From positions 1,789-65,788 of the forward strand of contig JBEIQD010000003.1 in NCBI GenBank assembly GCA_040376695.1: DNA of 64,000 nt, in the 5' to 3' direction. The notes beneath the pieces were generated by a model that saw only the letters and a list, made by a program, of their open reading frames with translations, did not search any database and was not told where the DNA came from. Below, in pieces: positions 9,956 to 20,307 of this stretch (within the stretch, counting starts at the first letter, position 1; each line of letters opens with the position of its first letter). This DNA comes from Candidatus Nomurabacteria bacterium (lineage in GTDB: Bacteria; Patescibacteriota; Minisyncoccia; Phycocordibacterales; UBA5272). The position numbers were made by a program, and so were the translations under genes.

Positions 9956-11908
9956 CTATATATAGACAACCGAACCCCCTCCTTGTTTGTAATACAGATC
10001 ATTATATTCTCCTGTGTCTTCTGGGATGTCTTCTAGAAACTCACTTGGTGCATTAATTTGTTTTTGACCAAAGATTGTTCTCAGTTCAGCATAGGTAAGG
10101 TAGAGATTTTTACGTGCTCGTGTTACTGCTACGTAGAACAATCTTCTCTCCTCCTCTTCCTCCTCTTTGCTGCGTTTTCGATTCCCTATGTTTTTATGCG
10201 GAAAGAGATCTTGTTCAAGTCCTGTAACGAATACATGATCAAACTCAAGGCCCTTTGAAGCGTGCACGGTCATAAGACGCACACCCGATTTTTCTTTTGT
10301 ATCGTTATCTTGATCTGACTGAAGAGATGTTTCTTCAAGAAATTGAGTAAGAATTTCTTTTGCAGGCACTCCATCATATCGCACAGTAAGAGATACAAGT
10401 TCGCGTGCGTTTTCTAAGCGCTCTCTATCTTCTCCAGAACCTTCTAGCATCTCTTTTTCCATTCCAGAATCTACGATAATCATTTGCATAATATGAGACA
10501 AAGGCTCTGTTTCAACGGCTTCCAAGATTTGGTCCAAAAAGTCATACACCTTTTCTATTTTTACCGCAGCTGAAGCAGGAATCGGTGCCCCTGCAAATAT
10601 TTTTGCAACCGTCACTTTACCAATTCCGCGTTTTGGAGTATCAAATACACGTTTAAGATCTGGTTGGCATGCACGATTAACTGCGGCGCGCAGGTAACTC
10701 ATTACATCCTTAACTTCTTTTCTTTCAAAGAATTTTGTACCCAAAAGGTTATAGGTCACGTTCGCACGGATAAATGCTTCTTCAAGTACGCGAGATTGAA
10801 AGTTTGCACGGTAGAGCACTGCAATAGTTTCTCCACCTACTCCTTCAGCAATTAAAGCTTTACATTTTTCTGCAATCATTTCAGACTCCCCTTGCTCATC
10901 CCACGCAGGCATAATAGTAATCTTGTCCCCTAACCCTTTTGAAGTAAATAAGTTTTTGTCAGTACGAATAGTGTTTTTCTTTATTGCCTTATTGGCAAGC
11001 GCGAGAATATTTCCTGTTGATCTGTAGTTTTCTTCAAGAAGTACAGTGTGTGTACCAGGAAAGTCCTTTTCAAAATTAAGAATATTACGCACGTTTGCCC
11101 CTCTCCAGCTGTAAATATTTTGATCAGTGTCACCTACAGCACACACGTTATTATAAAGAGGGTTAATGAGTAACTTAACGAAAGCGTATTGAGCGGCGTT
11201 GGTGTCTTGGTATTCATCAACATGCACATACATAAAACGTTGTTGATAATGAGAACGAATATCTGCATGGTCTTCCAACATGTGCACCGTGGAAACAATG
11301 AGATCGTCAAAGTCCACAGCTTTTTGTTTCTTGAGTTCCTCTTCATATATTCTCCACACACTTGAAATAATATCCATTTGAGCTGTCGCCACTTTTTGTT
11401 TATAGTCTTTCTGGCTTACGAAATCTCCTTTTTCACGACTAATAATACTGCGAATTTTTGAAGGATCATTGATTTTCGGATCAATACCTAATTGTTCAAT
11501 TGCTTGTTTGATAATCGAAAGTGAGTCCGAAGAATCTAAAATAGTAGGATGTCTTTGTAGTCCGAGCCGTGAACCGTATTCAGATAGCATCATAAGTCCA
11601 AGTGAATGGAATGTTTTAATGACAGGAGTGTGATGAAAGGGGTTCTCCTTTTCAATGATACGCTCCTCTTCAAGACGAGAGACGATACGTTCCCGCATTT
11701 CTTTAGCTGCTTTATTAGTGAAGGTTACCGCAAGGATATTTCTTGGGTCAGTGCCTTTTTTAACAATCTCAACGATTCTTTCAGTTATCGTTTTTGTCTT
11801 TCCGGCGCCTGCTCCAGCTAAAATAAGAAGCGGTCCTTCAGTATGAAGAACTGCTTCTTGTTGTTTTGTGTTAAGTAAGACGTTTGCCACAGGAACCCAG
11901 TGTAGCAT
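9956..11908 (-). CDS. pcrA: UvrD/PcrA DNA helicase
   Basis: AGAGAGKT, VDEYQDTN, TVHASKGLEF and ERRLFYVAVTRA motifs. Confidence 0.93.
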   Translation of the reverse strand: MLHWVPVANVLLNTKQQEAVLHTEGPLLILAGAGAGKTKTITERIVEIVKKGTDPRNILAVTFTNKAAKEMRERIVSRLEEERIIEKENPFHHTPVIKTFHSLGLMMLSEYGSRLGLQRHPTILDSSDSLSIIKQAIEQLGIDPKINDPSKIRSIISREKGDFVSQKDYKQKVATAQMDIISSVWRIYEEELKKQKAVDFDDLIVSTVHMLEDHADIRSHYQQRFMYVHVDEYQDTNAAQYAFVKLLINPLYNNVCAVGDTDQNIYSWRGANVRNILNFEKDFPGTHTVLLEENYRSTGNILALANKAIKKNTIRTDKNLFTSKGLGDKITIMPAWDEQGESEMIAEKCKALIAEGVGGETIAVLYRANFQSRVLEEAFIRANVTYNLLGTKFFERKEVKDVMSYLRAAVNRACQPDLKRVFDTPKRGIGKVTVAKIFAGAPIPASAAVKIEKVYDFLDQILEAVETEPLSHIMQMIIVDSGMEKEMLEGSGEDRERLENARELVSLTVRYDGVPAKEILTQFLEETSLQSDQDNDTKEKSGVRLMTVHASKGLEFDHVFVTGLEQDLFPHKNIGNRKRSKEEEEEERRLFYVAVTRARKNLYLTYAELRTIFGQKQINAPSEFLEDIPEDTGEYNDLYYKQGGGSVVYI

Positions 11909-11923
11909 GAGTAAAACAGCAGC

Positions 11924-12214
11924 TTAGCTGGTCTTTTTGAACGATTCTTTTACTTTCTCGCGAGCGGCCTGGAACAGTTCTTCGTAGTTTGGTGCGAGAT
12001 GTTTGAGGGTTGTTGCATAGAACTCCTCCCCCATGTTTGCGCTTGCTTGGAGGGCGTCAAACTTCTCATCCCCCAAGAGTTCATATACATCAAGAAGAAA
12101 TTGTTTCTGTATTGTCTTTGAAATCTCAAGAAGCATAGCTTCGCGCTCTTCCTCAGGAAGTTCCTTGAGTTCAAAGTCTTCTACTAGTTGATTGTAAAGT
12201 TGTGTAAAATCCAT
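11924..12214 (-). CDS. small acidic hypothetical protein
   Basis: 96-aa helical ORF in operon-like packing. Confidence 0.7.
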   Translation of the reverse strand: MDFTQLYNQLVEDFELKELPEEEREAMLLEISKTIQKQFLLDVYELLGDEKFDALQASANMGEEFYATTLKHLAPNYEELFQAAREKVKESFKKTS

Positions 12215-12218
12215 AGTA

Positions 12219-14444
12219 TTATTTTTCCTTGTTAGTAACTTTCTCTTTTACTTCCTCGATTGCTGCTTCATACGTTTTTGCTTGTAGTTTCTCACCGCTT
12301 GTTGCCATCGAAACATCATTAAGCGCATCCCATAGGTAACTAAGTTCTGCTCTATCTTTATCATCTAGGTGATCATAAGTTCCTTTAGTTGTATCATTTC
12401 GCACGAGATCTCCAAACATACCAAGCGCTAACAATGTTTGACGCTGATTATTGGTCCCATCAAAGTATGACTTTGCGTATTTTTGTATTAGTGTTGCTTT
12501 AAGTTGGCTCGCAGAAAGCTTTGAAATATCTTCTGGAAATTCTGCAAAGGCAGGATTAGTTTTCCCGAAATGGAAATATTTAGTCCAAGTATCTTTTACT
12601 ACCACTTCATTTTTATTCAGTGACGCACTTATGGGTACTGGTTGTTTATTTAAAACATTATTTGCATATGCCCCTGTACCGCCAACTACAACAGCAAAAG
12701 CAATCCAAGAAAGTTTTCCTTTCGAGAGATTATTTGGATTGTTTGACAGGTTTTTGATTCTAGTCGCAAGTATGGCTGAGATTTTTTTAAGCCCTTTCTG
12801 TGGATCTTTTTCAAGAACGGGAATAATTTCTTTTGATTCATTGTTGGTAGCCATATTCCCCAGCACCACTTTGTCAGGAGTTGTCATCCCTTCCCCCATG
12901 GAGTTAGTAAGTAAATCTCGCACAGACTTGGTTACGAGATCTGGGTTTAATTTTTCTTCATCTGTTCGAGTGTCTTCCTTCTTCTCAGATTCCTTAACTG
13001 AAGATGGACCGTAAACCAATCTATTCTCTGAAAGAAAATTTTTTCGCTGTATGTCACTGAGTTTATTTTCTTTCGTAATAAAATCTTTAACTTCTACGTT
13101 GTGTGTAAAAAGAATGTTTTTAATAACATCTCGATATGGGTGCTTTCTAAGACTTTCGTTTTCCGTATAATCTACCGCCCCAGAAGCTTCATTTTTCGAA
13201 GCAACAGTATAGAGAGAAATAAAAGCTTTTTGATCATGAGTAAACATGTCTTCAAACTTTTCGCGCACTTCTGTCTGCGCGCGCGTTTTTTGGATGTTTT
13301 CTTCTGAGCCTTTAATTGCACCTGTTTCTCCTTTGGTCCATTCTGCATTTATTTTCCTTCCCCCGATAAGACGAATAATTTGTTCCTGTTTTTTTTCTGC
13401 CTGTTTTGTAGGACGTAATACAGAAGGACTTTCATTTATTTTTGGCGCTGTTGAAGCTTTAGAAGTTTCCGCAACAGGTTTTTCAGGAGTTGTTTTTGCG
13501 GATGTCTGTTGTCTTTCAAGGTATAGTCTTTCTAGTAAGTCTTTAAACGGCTTGAAATAGAATCTTTCAGTTCTGCCTTTTTGTGCTCCATCAATTTGTT
13601 TCATCATCATCGCCCCCTCTTTCGGCATAAGGATTGTAACCTCCCAAGTCGCTTCATCGCTCGTATGGTCCTTCGGTAAGAGGAATCTTTGCCCTACCTT
13701 AAAGAATTTTGGAACGACCTCTACTTTTTCTGGCGTTTTCGGCGAAGCTTCTGGAACGGTTGGCACACTTTCTTCTGCTGCGACTACTGCTGGTTCTTCA
13801 TTTTTAATTTGTGCTTCTGGTGCAATAGTTGGGGCTGGTATTTTTGCGGCTTCTGCTTTTGCGCGTTCTACAATTTTTTCAAACTCAGAAAGCTTTTGTC
13901 GTAGTTCATCAAGCTTTGCCCCTAATGGCTTATCTTTAATTTCTTCAATAAGTTTCTTTGTTTCTTCTGAAAGTTGTTCAAGTACAGCAAGGGTTGCAGG
14001 ATTCTGTAATTTCCCTTCCAGTAGTTCAGTTTCCTTGTGTAAATTTGAATATTCGCCCGAAAACGCAACAAGTTTACTTAGAATATCCAACTCAACTTTT
14101 TTCTGCGCCGCAGCAAGTGTAAGTTTCTCTCCAAGTGCATCTTCCAATTCTTCTTGTGTATAAAGATCTGAAGGTAGGTTTATTTCAGAAATTCCCTCGG
14201 CATCTCTTTCCAAAGTGAAACCTCTTTTCTTAAGCATCTTTTCTATTTGTAAAAGCTCTTGAAATCTAGCGTTTCGCACCTCTCCTCCTACTTGAGGAAC
14301 ACTAGAAATCACCTCCTTCGGTACAACTTTTTTATCAACAGTAACACCAAAAGTACCAGGGGTGTACCCTTTATTTGTTACAGGTTTCCCGAACTCTCCC
14401 TGAGACCCATTGGGAACTTTAATACCAGAAGGATATATATCCAT
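12219..14444 (-). CDS. large orphan protein (coiled coil, Pro/Glu linker, one late TM helix)
   Basis: 741-aa ORF; TATACT 10 nt before the ATG; hydrophobic WIAFAVVVGGTGAYA segment. Confidence 0.75.
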   Translation of the reverse strand: MDIYPSGIKVPNGSQGEFGKPVTNKGYTPGTFGVTVDKKVVPKEVISSVPQVGGEVRNARFQELLQIEKMLKKRGFTLERDAEGISEINLPSDLYTQEELEDALGEKLTLAAAQKKVELDILSKLVAFSGEYSNLHKETELLEGKLQNPATLAVLEQLSEETKKLIEEIKDKPLGAKLDELRQKLSEFEKIVERAKAEAAKIPAPTIAPEAQIKNEEPAVVAAEESVPTVPEASPKTPEKVEVVPKFFKVGQRFLLPKDHTSDEATWEVTILMPKEGAMMMKQIDGAQKGRTERFYFKPFKDLLERLYLERQQTSAKTTPEKPVAETSKASTAPKINESPSVLRPTKQAEKKQEQIIRLIGGRKINAEWTKGETGAIKGSEENIQKTRAQTEVREKFEDMFTHDQKAFISLYTVASKNEASGAVDYTENESLRKHPYRDVIKNILFTHNVEVKDFITKENKLSDIQRKNFLSENRLVYGPSSVKESEKKEDTRTDEEKLNPDLVTKSVRDLLTNSMGEGMTTPDKVVLGNMATNNESKEIIPVLEKDPQKGLKKISAILATRIKNLSNNPNNLSKGKLSWIAFAVVVGGTGAYANNVLNKQPVPISASLNKNEVVVKDTWTKYFHFGKTNPAFAEFPEDISKLSASQLKATLIQKYAKSYFDGTNNQRQTLLALGMFGDLVRNDTTKGTYDHLDDKDRAELSYLWDALNDVSMATSGEKLQAKTYEAAIEEVKEKVTNKEK

Positions 14445-14676
14445 AGCTACCCTGAGTATACTTTATTTTCAACAGGTTTGTGACACTTCTCCCCAGATTC
14501 TAAGGCTTTTTTGGTGTGGATATCGCTTGTAGTATTACCCCCTTTTTGCTAGTATATGTAGGTTACTTGAGAGACCTATATATCTTGACGTATACAGTAA
14601 AATGTTACGTTTCGATACACGCACAGGGTACATATTCTAAGGTTGGGAGCATTAACCCCTCGCCAACCTCTAACTT

Positions 14677-15717
14677 ATCGTAGTAGATACACAAAAACGC
14701 GTTCACGCGGCCTTCCATATCGCAGGATCTGCAATACTAGTGATTGCACTCATGTTCCCTATTTCTTCAGCACATGCAGGCTTTTTTTCGTCTTTTACTG
14801 ACAAAGTAAAAGCAGTTTTTCTTACTCCTGATGAAGAGACTTCACCTGAAGAATCCGCCACCTCTCAAACAATGGCTGTTTTTAAGCCAGTTGTGGTGAG
14901 TGAAGAAAATGAGATTGATACACTAGACTCATCTTCAACGGGAGTGCTTTCAGCAACCACAGGATCTCTTCGAGTGTCTACTGAAAACATTGAGTATCCA
15001 ACGAACGATACTATTAGTGTGTATGAAGTAAAAAAAGGAGACACTATTGGCATGGTGGCTGAACTTCATGGTGTTTCTAAAAATACTATCATGTGGGCAA
15101 ATGATTTGAAGTCTGAGAAACTAACACCTGGAGATGTTCTCGTTATTCTTCCTATTACGGGGGTTCGTCATACCGTTAAGAGTGGGGACACAGTAAGTTC
15201 GATTGCAAAGAAATATAAAGGAGACACAAGTGATATCGCAAAATATAACGGCATTGCTGCTGACGCAAAACTTGCGGTGGGAGATATTGTTCTTGTTCCA
15301 GAAGGAGAAATTGCTGCGGTTGCAGTAAAGGGTAAACCAAGCACTTCTGTTTCATCTCCAAACTCAACACCAAGTGGATTCTTCACTCGTCCGCTAGTTG
15401 GAGGTAGAAAGACACAAGGTATTCACGGTAACAACGGAGTGGATATCGCCGCGCTTATCGGAACTCCAGTTCTTGCTGCAGCTGATGGACAAGTTATTGT
15501 GGCTCGTAACTCAGGATACAACGGTGGATATGGAGATATGATTATTATCAAGCACAATGGAAATATTCAAACTGTGTATGCTCACTTAAGTTCCGTTGGT
15601 GTTGCAACAGGTCAGTATGTTTCAAAAGGTCAGACGATTGGTGCTGTTGGTAATACAGGACGATCAACTGGACCACATCTTCACTTTGAAGTTCGTGGAG
15701 CGAAGAACCCATTCTAG
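14677..15717 (+). CDS. LysM-repeat M23 peptidase (start uncertain: ATC 14677 or GTG 14740)
   Basis: Two LysM repeats (YEVKKGDT, HTVKSGDT); M23 motifs NNGVD, YAHL and STGPHLHFEV. Confidence 0.9.
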   Translation: MVVDTQKRVHAAFHIAGSAILVIALMFPISSAHAGFFSSFTDKVKAVFLTPDEETSPEESATSQTMAVFKPVVVSEENEIDTLDSSSTGVLSATTGSLRVSTENIEYPTNDTISVYEVKKGDTIGMVAELHGVSKNTIMWANDLKSEKLTPGDVLVILPITGVRHTVKSGDTVSSIAKKYKGDTSDIAKYNGIAADAKLAVGDIVLVPEGEIAAVAVKGKPSTSVSSPNSTPSGFFTRPLVGGRKTQGIHGNNGVDIAALIGTPVLAAADGQVIVARNSGYNGGYGDMIIIKHNGNIQTVYAHLSSVGVATGQYVSKGQTIGAVGNTGRSTGPHLHFEVRGAKNPF

Positions 15718-15731
15718 TTTTTACATAAACC

Positions 15732-15767
15732 TAAAACAAAAGCACCTGATCAGGTGCTTTTGTTTTA
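15732..15767. terminator. bidirectional terminator (perfect palindrome)
   Basis: taaaacaaaagcacctga|tcaggtgcttttgtttta between convergent genes. Confidence 0.8.
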
Positions 15768-17321
15768 TAATCTATTTTCGTACAGTTTTGGTCTGTATTG
15801 AAATGCCTCTAAGATATCAGCTTCTACTATATGTTCTGTTTGTTTTAAATCTGCAATGGTTCGAGCAAGTCGTAGCACTCGATGGTACGCTCGTGGTGAG
15901 AGAGCATACGAGGTTGCTAATTTTTTCATAAGGGTAAGTACTGGAGGAGTGAGGATAACAAATGTATCTATGTCTTTTGCTTTCATGTCTTTATTTTTAG
16001 TGATGTTCATAGCACCTCCTTTTTCAAAACGAGCTTTTGCAAACGTGCGTGCTTTGTGAACTTGTAAAACTATCGATTCGCTCTCTTCTCCAATGCGCGC
16101 ATGAGAAAGTGTATCGTAATCAACGTGTTGGACAGGAACCCAAATATCAATACGGTCCATAATTGGACCAGAAAGTTTTCGAGCGTATCTGTCTATATCA
16201 GACGGTTTACAGACGCAACGTTTTAATTTACTCCCCATATATCCGCACGGACACGGGTTCATTGAAGCGATGAGTGTACATGATGCTGGAAAAAGAAATG
16301 TTCCTTTTGCGCGAGATACGGAAATAAAACCTTCCTCAAGAGGTTCTCGTAAAGACTCTATTACGCGTTTATCAAACTCAGGAAATTCATCTAAGAAAAG
16401 CACGCCGTGATGAGCAAGTGTCACCTCCCCGGGGCGTGGGTCTGCTCCTCCACCAACAAGTGATACATATGACGATGTGTGATGAGGACTCCTAAAAGGA
16501 GGGTGCGTAATGACGGAAGTTTTTGCGTGAGCAACAGAATGTATACGAGTAACGTCAAGCGCCTCAGTGCGCGATAATGGTGGAAGAATTCCAGTGAACG
16601 CTCGAGCAAGCATGGTCTTTCCTGTTCCTGGTGGTCCGTAGAGAGCGATGTTGTGTCCCCCGGCAGCCGCAATAAGGAGTGCTCGTTTTGCAGTTTCTTG
16701 TCCGCGAATATCTTTGAAATCTAAATATGAATCAGGGCGAGAGTATGCAATATCAGTAAATGGTGCAGGAGTGAGCGTGATTATGTCCTCTACTCCTTCT
16801 ATGGTTCCGCCTAAATGAAGAACAAGATCACGAAGATTTTTACACCCATACACGGTAAGTCCCTGTACCAGAGAAGCTTCTTCGGTATTTGCTTCAGGAA
16901 CATAGAGGGCCTGCGCTCCTTCTTTCTTTGCGCACTCCGCGATAGAAAGAACTCCCATCATTGGAAGAATTTCTCCCGTCAATGAAAGTTCACCAACAAA
17001 CCATCCAACGTCTGTTGGGATGGATACTTGTTTTGATGCAATGAGATACGTCAACGCAACAGGAACATCAAAATGAGAACCTTCTTTTTTAATATTTGCA
17101 GGTGAAAGAGAAACAGTTACTTTATGGTTTTCTGTTTTTGGATTTCGTAACCTAGTGTTTTTTAGTGCTGCATTGATTCTATCTTTGCTCTCATCAATGG
17201 CTTTATCAGGAAGTCCTACAATGGAAAATGAATAGAGGCCGTTAGATACATCAACCTCAACCGTAATTGGTTCAGCGTGTAATCCAACGATGTGTGCACT
17301 TTTTAAACTGGCGACACTCAT
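15765..17321 (-). CDS. comM: ComM/YifB Mg-chelatase-like ATPase (competence helicase)
   Basis: GPPGTGKT, PFRSPHH, LAHHGVLFLDEFPEF and NPCPCG motifs. Confidence 0.92.
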   Translation of the reverse strand: MSVASLKSAHIVGLHAEPITVEVDVSNGLYSFSIVGLPDKAIDESKDRINAALKNTRLRNPKTENHKVTVSLSPANIKKEGSHFDVPVALTYLIASKQVSIPTDVGWFVGELSLTGEILPMMGVLSIAECAKKEGAQALYVPEANTEEASLVQGLTVYGCKNLRDLVLHLGGTIEGVEDIITLTPAPFTDIAYSRPDSYLDFKDIRGQETAKRALLIAAAGGHNIALYGPPGTGKTMLARAFTGILPPLSRTEALDVTRIHSVAHAKTSVITHPPFRSPHHTSSYVSLVGGGADPRPGEVTLAHHGVLFLDEFPEFDKRVIESLREPLEEGFISVSRAKGTFLFPASCTLIASMNPCPCGYMGSKLKRCVCKPSDIDRYARKLSGPIMDRIDIWVPVQHVDYDTLSHARIGEESESIVLQVHKARTFAKARFEKGGAMNITKNKDMKAKDIDTFVILTPPVLTLMKKLATSYALSPRAYHRVLRLARTIADLKQTEHIVEADILEAFQYRPKLYENRL

Positions 17322-17953
17322 TATTTGAGTATACCACCGCGAAGTGCAAGGATACCTTCTGTTGAAGATGAGATGACGAGTGTGTTTGTGTTCACGAACG
17401 CATAGATGACGGTGCTACTTCCAGAAGTCCCCACACGCATGTTTTGATTATTGCGAGTGATGTCGGTAAATATAAAAGGAATGCTTGATGTTGATACTTC
17501 TCGTGGTGATCCAACAGCAAGAGCAAGTTCATCAGCATAGAGCTCTTCGTTTTTTAGCATGTAAGAAAAAACATCAGTATAGGAAAGCACTTGCATAGAG
17601 TAACCATATTCAGACTTTGTAATGGTGCCAATGTTGTTTCCAATCGAATCATTAAGAGCAAGAGAAATTGCTAAGAGACGTTTGCTTGTATCCGGTAGTG
17701 TGTCAGTGTTTGTTTGAGGCTGTTCACCCACTACAGGATTTTTTGTTTCGAAAAAGAAAAGAGCTGCAACGGTTGCGATTACCGCGATCAGACAAAATCC
17801 TCCAAGAATAAAAAGCATTTTTGATGTTTGCACATGTGGGGTTGGAATATTACCAACGTCCCCTCCTGCAGAAGCAATGTCAGTAAGACTTGCTTCTTTG
17901 TGCTTAATCTCTTCTGAGATATCGTGTTCAAATGTATCTACGTTGGGTATCAT
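17321..17953 (-). CDS. single-TM hypothetical protein
   Basis: TM helix near the N-terminus; leaderless-type start 6 nt after TATACT. Confidence 0.7.
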   Translation of the reverse strand: MIPNVDTFEHDISEEIKHKEASLTDIASAGGDVGNIPTPHVQTSKMLFILGGFCLIAVIATVAALFFFETKNPVVGEQPQTNTDTLPDTSKRLLAISLALNDSIGNNIGTITKSEYGYSMQVLSYTDVFSYMLKNEELYADELALAVGSPREVSTSSIPFIFTDITRNNQNMRVGTSGSSTVIYAFVNTNTLVISSSTEGILALRGGILK

Positions 17954-18041
17954 GTGGTAAGTATACAGGTAACCCTTCACAAGAAAAAATGTACATATAA
18001 AAATCTCCCCAGAATTTAGTTCATGGGGAGATTTTTAAGGA

Positions 18042-18704
18042 TTATTTCTCGTCGTCTGGAGAAAAGATTCCAAGTGCATCATCAGAGAATTCTTTCGACG
18101 CAGCTTTCTTCTGAGGTGCTTTAATTCGAGTGTTTGGTTTATTGTCTCGTTTTGCTTCTTGTTTAACTTCTCCTTTTTTAGGAGCGCGGTGCGGGCGATA
18201 TCCAATAAGGAATTTTTCAGGATGGTCACACATGTCGATGAAATCTTCACATGCTTCTTTTAACTCACCCGATGAAGATCGTCCGAATGAAATAACTTCC
18301 ACTTGAACACCGTGATGTTCCTTAAGGAAGGTAACGAGTGGAACAAAGTCCCCGTCCCCGGTCGCTAGGATAATAGTGTCTACTTTAGGAGCAAGACGAA
18401 TCGCGTCCACCGCAAGACCAACATCCCAGTCAGCTTTTTTTGCACCTCCGTAAAAGATTTTCAAATCTTTTGTTTTGGTTTCGATTCCAAGTTTGGTGAG
18501 CGCTTCAAAGAAGTTTGTCTCATCCCCCGCTTCTGTAGTGATAACGTATGCGAGCGCACGGATAAGCTTTCGTTTACCGACTGACTCTGTCATGACGGCA
18601 CCGAAGTTTACTTTAGTGTTGTAAAGATTTTTTGCACTGTGGTATAGATTTTGTGTATCTATGAAAACTGCGACGCGCTGGTCGCTGTGTTTGATAACTG
18701 CCAT
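18042..18704 (-). CDS. NYN-domain (LabA/DUF88) protein
   Basis: VFIDTQN, KKADWDV and TGDGDFVPL motifs. Confidence 0.9.
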   Translation of the reverse strand: MAVIKHSDQRVAVFIDTQNLYHSAKNLYNTKVNFGAVMTESVGKRKLIRALAYVITTEAGDETNFFEALTKLGIETKTKDLKIFYGGAKKADWDVGLAVDAIRLAPKVDTIILATGDGDFVPLVTFLKEHHGVQVEVISFGRSSSGELKEACEDFIDMCDHPEKFLIGYRPHRAPKKGEVKQEAKRDNKPNTRIKAPQKKAASKEFSDDALGIFSPDDEK

Positions 18705-18861
18705 ATAAATGTAATTGAGAATGTACGAAACAGAAAATATAAAAATGAAACTGCTCCACTACAAACGTATTGTTTATTAAAAATAAGAACCTATAGTTAG
18801 TATATATCCTACATACATAAACGCCGCACATAATGCGGCGCTTACTGTTGATTACCCGAAA

Positions 18862-19125
18862 TTACTTCAAACCGAGTTTTGTAACGAGAGCAGTGTATCG
18901 CTTCTTGTTATTTGCCTCGAGATACTTCAAATGTGTGCGTCGGTCAGCAACCATCTGAATAAGTCCACGACGTGAGTGATTGTCCTTCTTGTGTGTCTTA
19001 AGGTGGTTAGTGAGTTCAACGATCTTCTTTGAAAGAAGTGATACCTGAACATCGGCAGAGCCAGTGTCTGTATCGTGAATCTGGGCGTTTTTAATGGCCG
19101 TAGCCTTTTTTCGTGCAGTAAGCAT
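18862..19125 (-). CDS. rpsO: 30S ribosomal protein S15
   Basis: DTGSADVQV and HKKDNHSRRGL motifs. Confidence 0.97.
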   Translation of the reverse strand: MLTARKKATAIKNAQIHDTDTGSADVQVSLLSKKIVELTNHLKTHKKDNHSRRGLIQMVADRRTHLKYLEANNKKRYTALVTKLGLK

Positions 19126-19249
19126 ATTGATTAACTATAGGATGTATTGTATCACACATTTCAAACAATTGCAAGTGCTCCCCTGTTGCGCTGCCTTATC
19201 CCCAATACTATTGTGCGACACTAGCCTCTATCTGCTATATACTCATATA

Positions 19250-20209
19250 ATGCAAAGCTTATCGAGCCTAAAAGCTGACTTCCTTCAATACATAGAGATT
19301 GAAAAGGGTCGCTCCCCTCTTACGGTAAGGAATTACGACCATTATCTCAGTCGATTCCTAGATTTCATCAAAGTTGAGTCCCCATCCGACATCACAGAAT
19401 CAATGATGCGTGAATATCGTGTATATTTGAACCGTTTACCAGCAAAACCTCCCAAAAAAGGTAGTAAAAAGAGCGTTGTTACAGAAACATTAGATAAAAA
19501 GACCCAGAATTATCACCTAATTTCACTTCGTGCGTTCCTGAAGTATATGCGTAAGCAGGGTTTCCAAGGGTATGATCCTGAACGAATAGAGCTTGCGAAG
19601 ACTTCTTCCCGAGAACTCGATCTTATTTCTGAAAAGGAATTACAGAATCTTATGGCCGCCCCAGATACTTCTACTATCTTAGGTCTTCGTGATCGAGCAA
19701 TGCTTGAGCTTTTCTTTTCAACAGGTCTTCGCGTTTCAGAGCTTTGTTCGCTTGATCGTGACACTGATTTAAAGACAGGAGAAATCTCTATTCGTGGAAA
19801 AGGTGGAAAGATACGAGTTGTGTTCGTCTCTGGCGCTGCACTACTTGCTGTAAAGAAATATATTGAAGCACGTGTTGATATTGATGAAGCAATGTTTATT
19901 GATCACTCCCCTCGCGCACATGCTCGTATTGTTCGTGAGGAGTCTATCCGCCTTACCCCTCGTTCAGTTGAAAGAGTGGTTGAGAAATATGCAATGATTG
20001 CTGGTATTGCAAAAAAGTGTACCCCCCACGTGATTCGTCACTCGTTTGCTACCGATCTTCTCTATAATGGTGCTGATCTTCGTACGGTTCAGCTGATGTT
20101 GGGACATGCTTCTATTGCCACAACACAAATTTACACGAACGTAACTAATAAATTCCTTCGTGATCAGTTTGAGAAATTCCATTCAAAACGAGATTCAAAG
20201 AAGGAGTAG
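19250..20209 (+). CDS. XerC/XerD-family tyrosine recombinase
   Basis: RDRAMLELFFSTGLRVSEL, HVIRHSFAT and LGHASIATTQIY; start 6 nt after TATACT. Confidence 0.9.
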   Translation: MQSLSSLKADFLQYIEIEKGRSPLTVRNYDHYLSRFLDFIKVESPSDITESMMREYRVYLNRLPAKPPKKGSKKSVVTETLDKKTQNYHLISLRAFLKYMRKQGFQGYDPERIELAKTSSRELDLISEKELQNLMAAPDTSTILGLRDRAMLELFFSTGLRVSELCSLDRDTDLKTGEISIRGKGGKIRVVFVSGAALLAVKKYIEARVDIDEAMFIDHSPRAHARIVREESIRLTPRSVERVVEKYAMIAGIAKKCTPHVIRHSFATDLLYNGADLRTVQLMLGHASIATTQIYTNVTNKFLRDQFEKFHSKRDSKKE

Positions 20210-20212
20210 TGG

Positions 20213-20307
20213 TTGACGTTTGTAGTTATTAATTGTAGTGTGTTGATAGCTAAGGCATTTCGCCTACGCACTACTGTTCTTCCAACAAAATCCTAGAAAG
20301 GGCTCTC
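20213..20307 (+). promoter_or_regulatory. hfq promoter and leader (-35/-10, hairpin, boxA-like motif, SD)
   Basis: TTGACG-17-TAGTGT; aggc-atttc-gcct hairpin 20253-20265; TGTTCTTCCAACA 20275-20287; AGAAAGGG 5 nt before the ATG. Confidence 0.65.
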
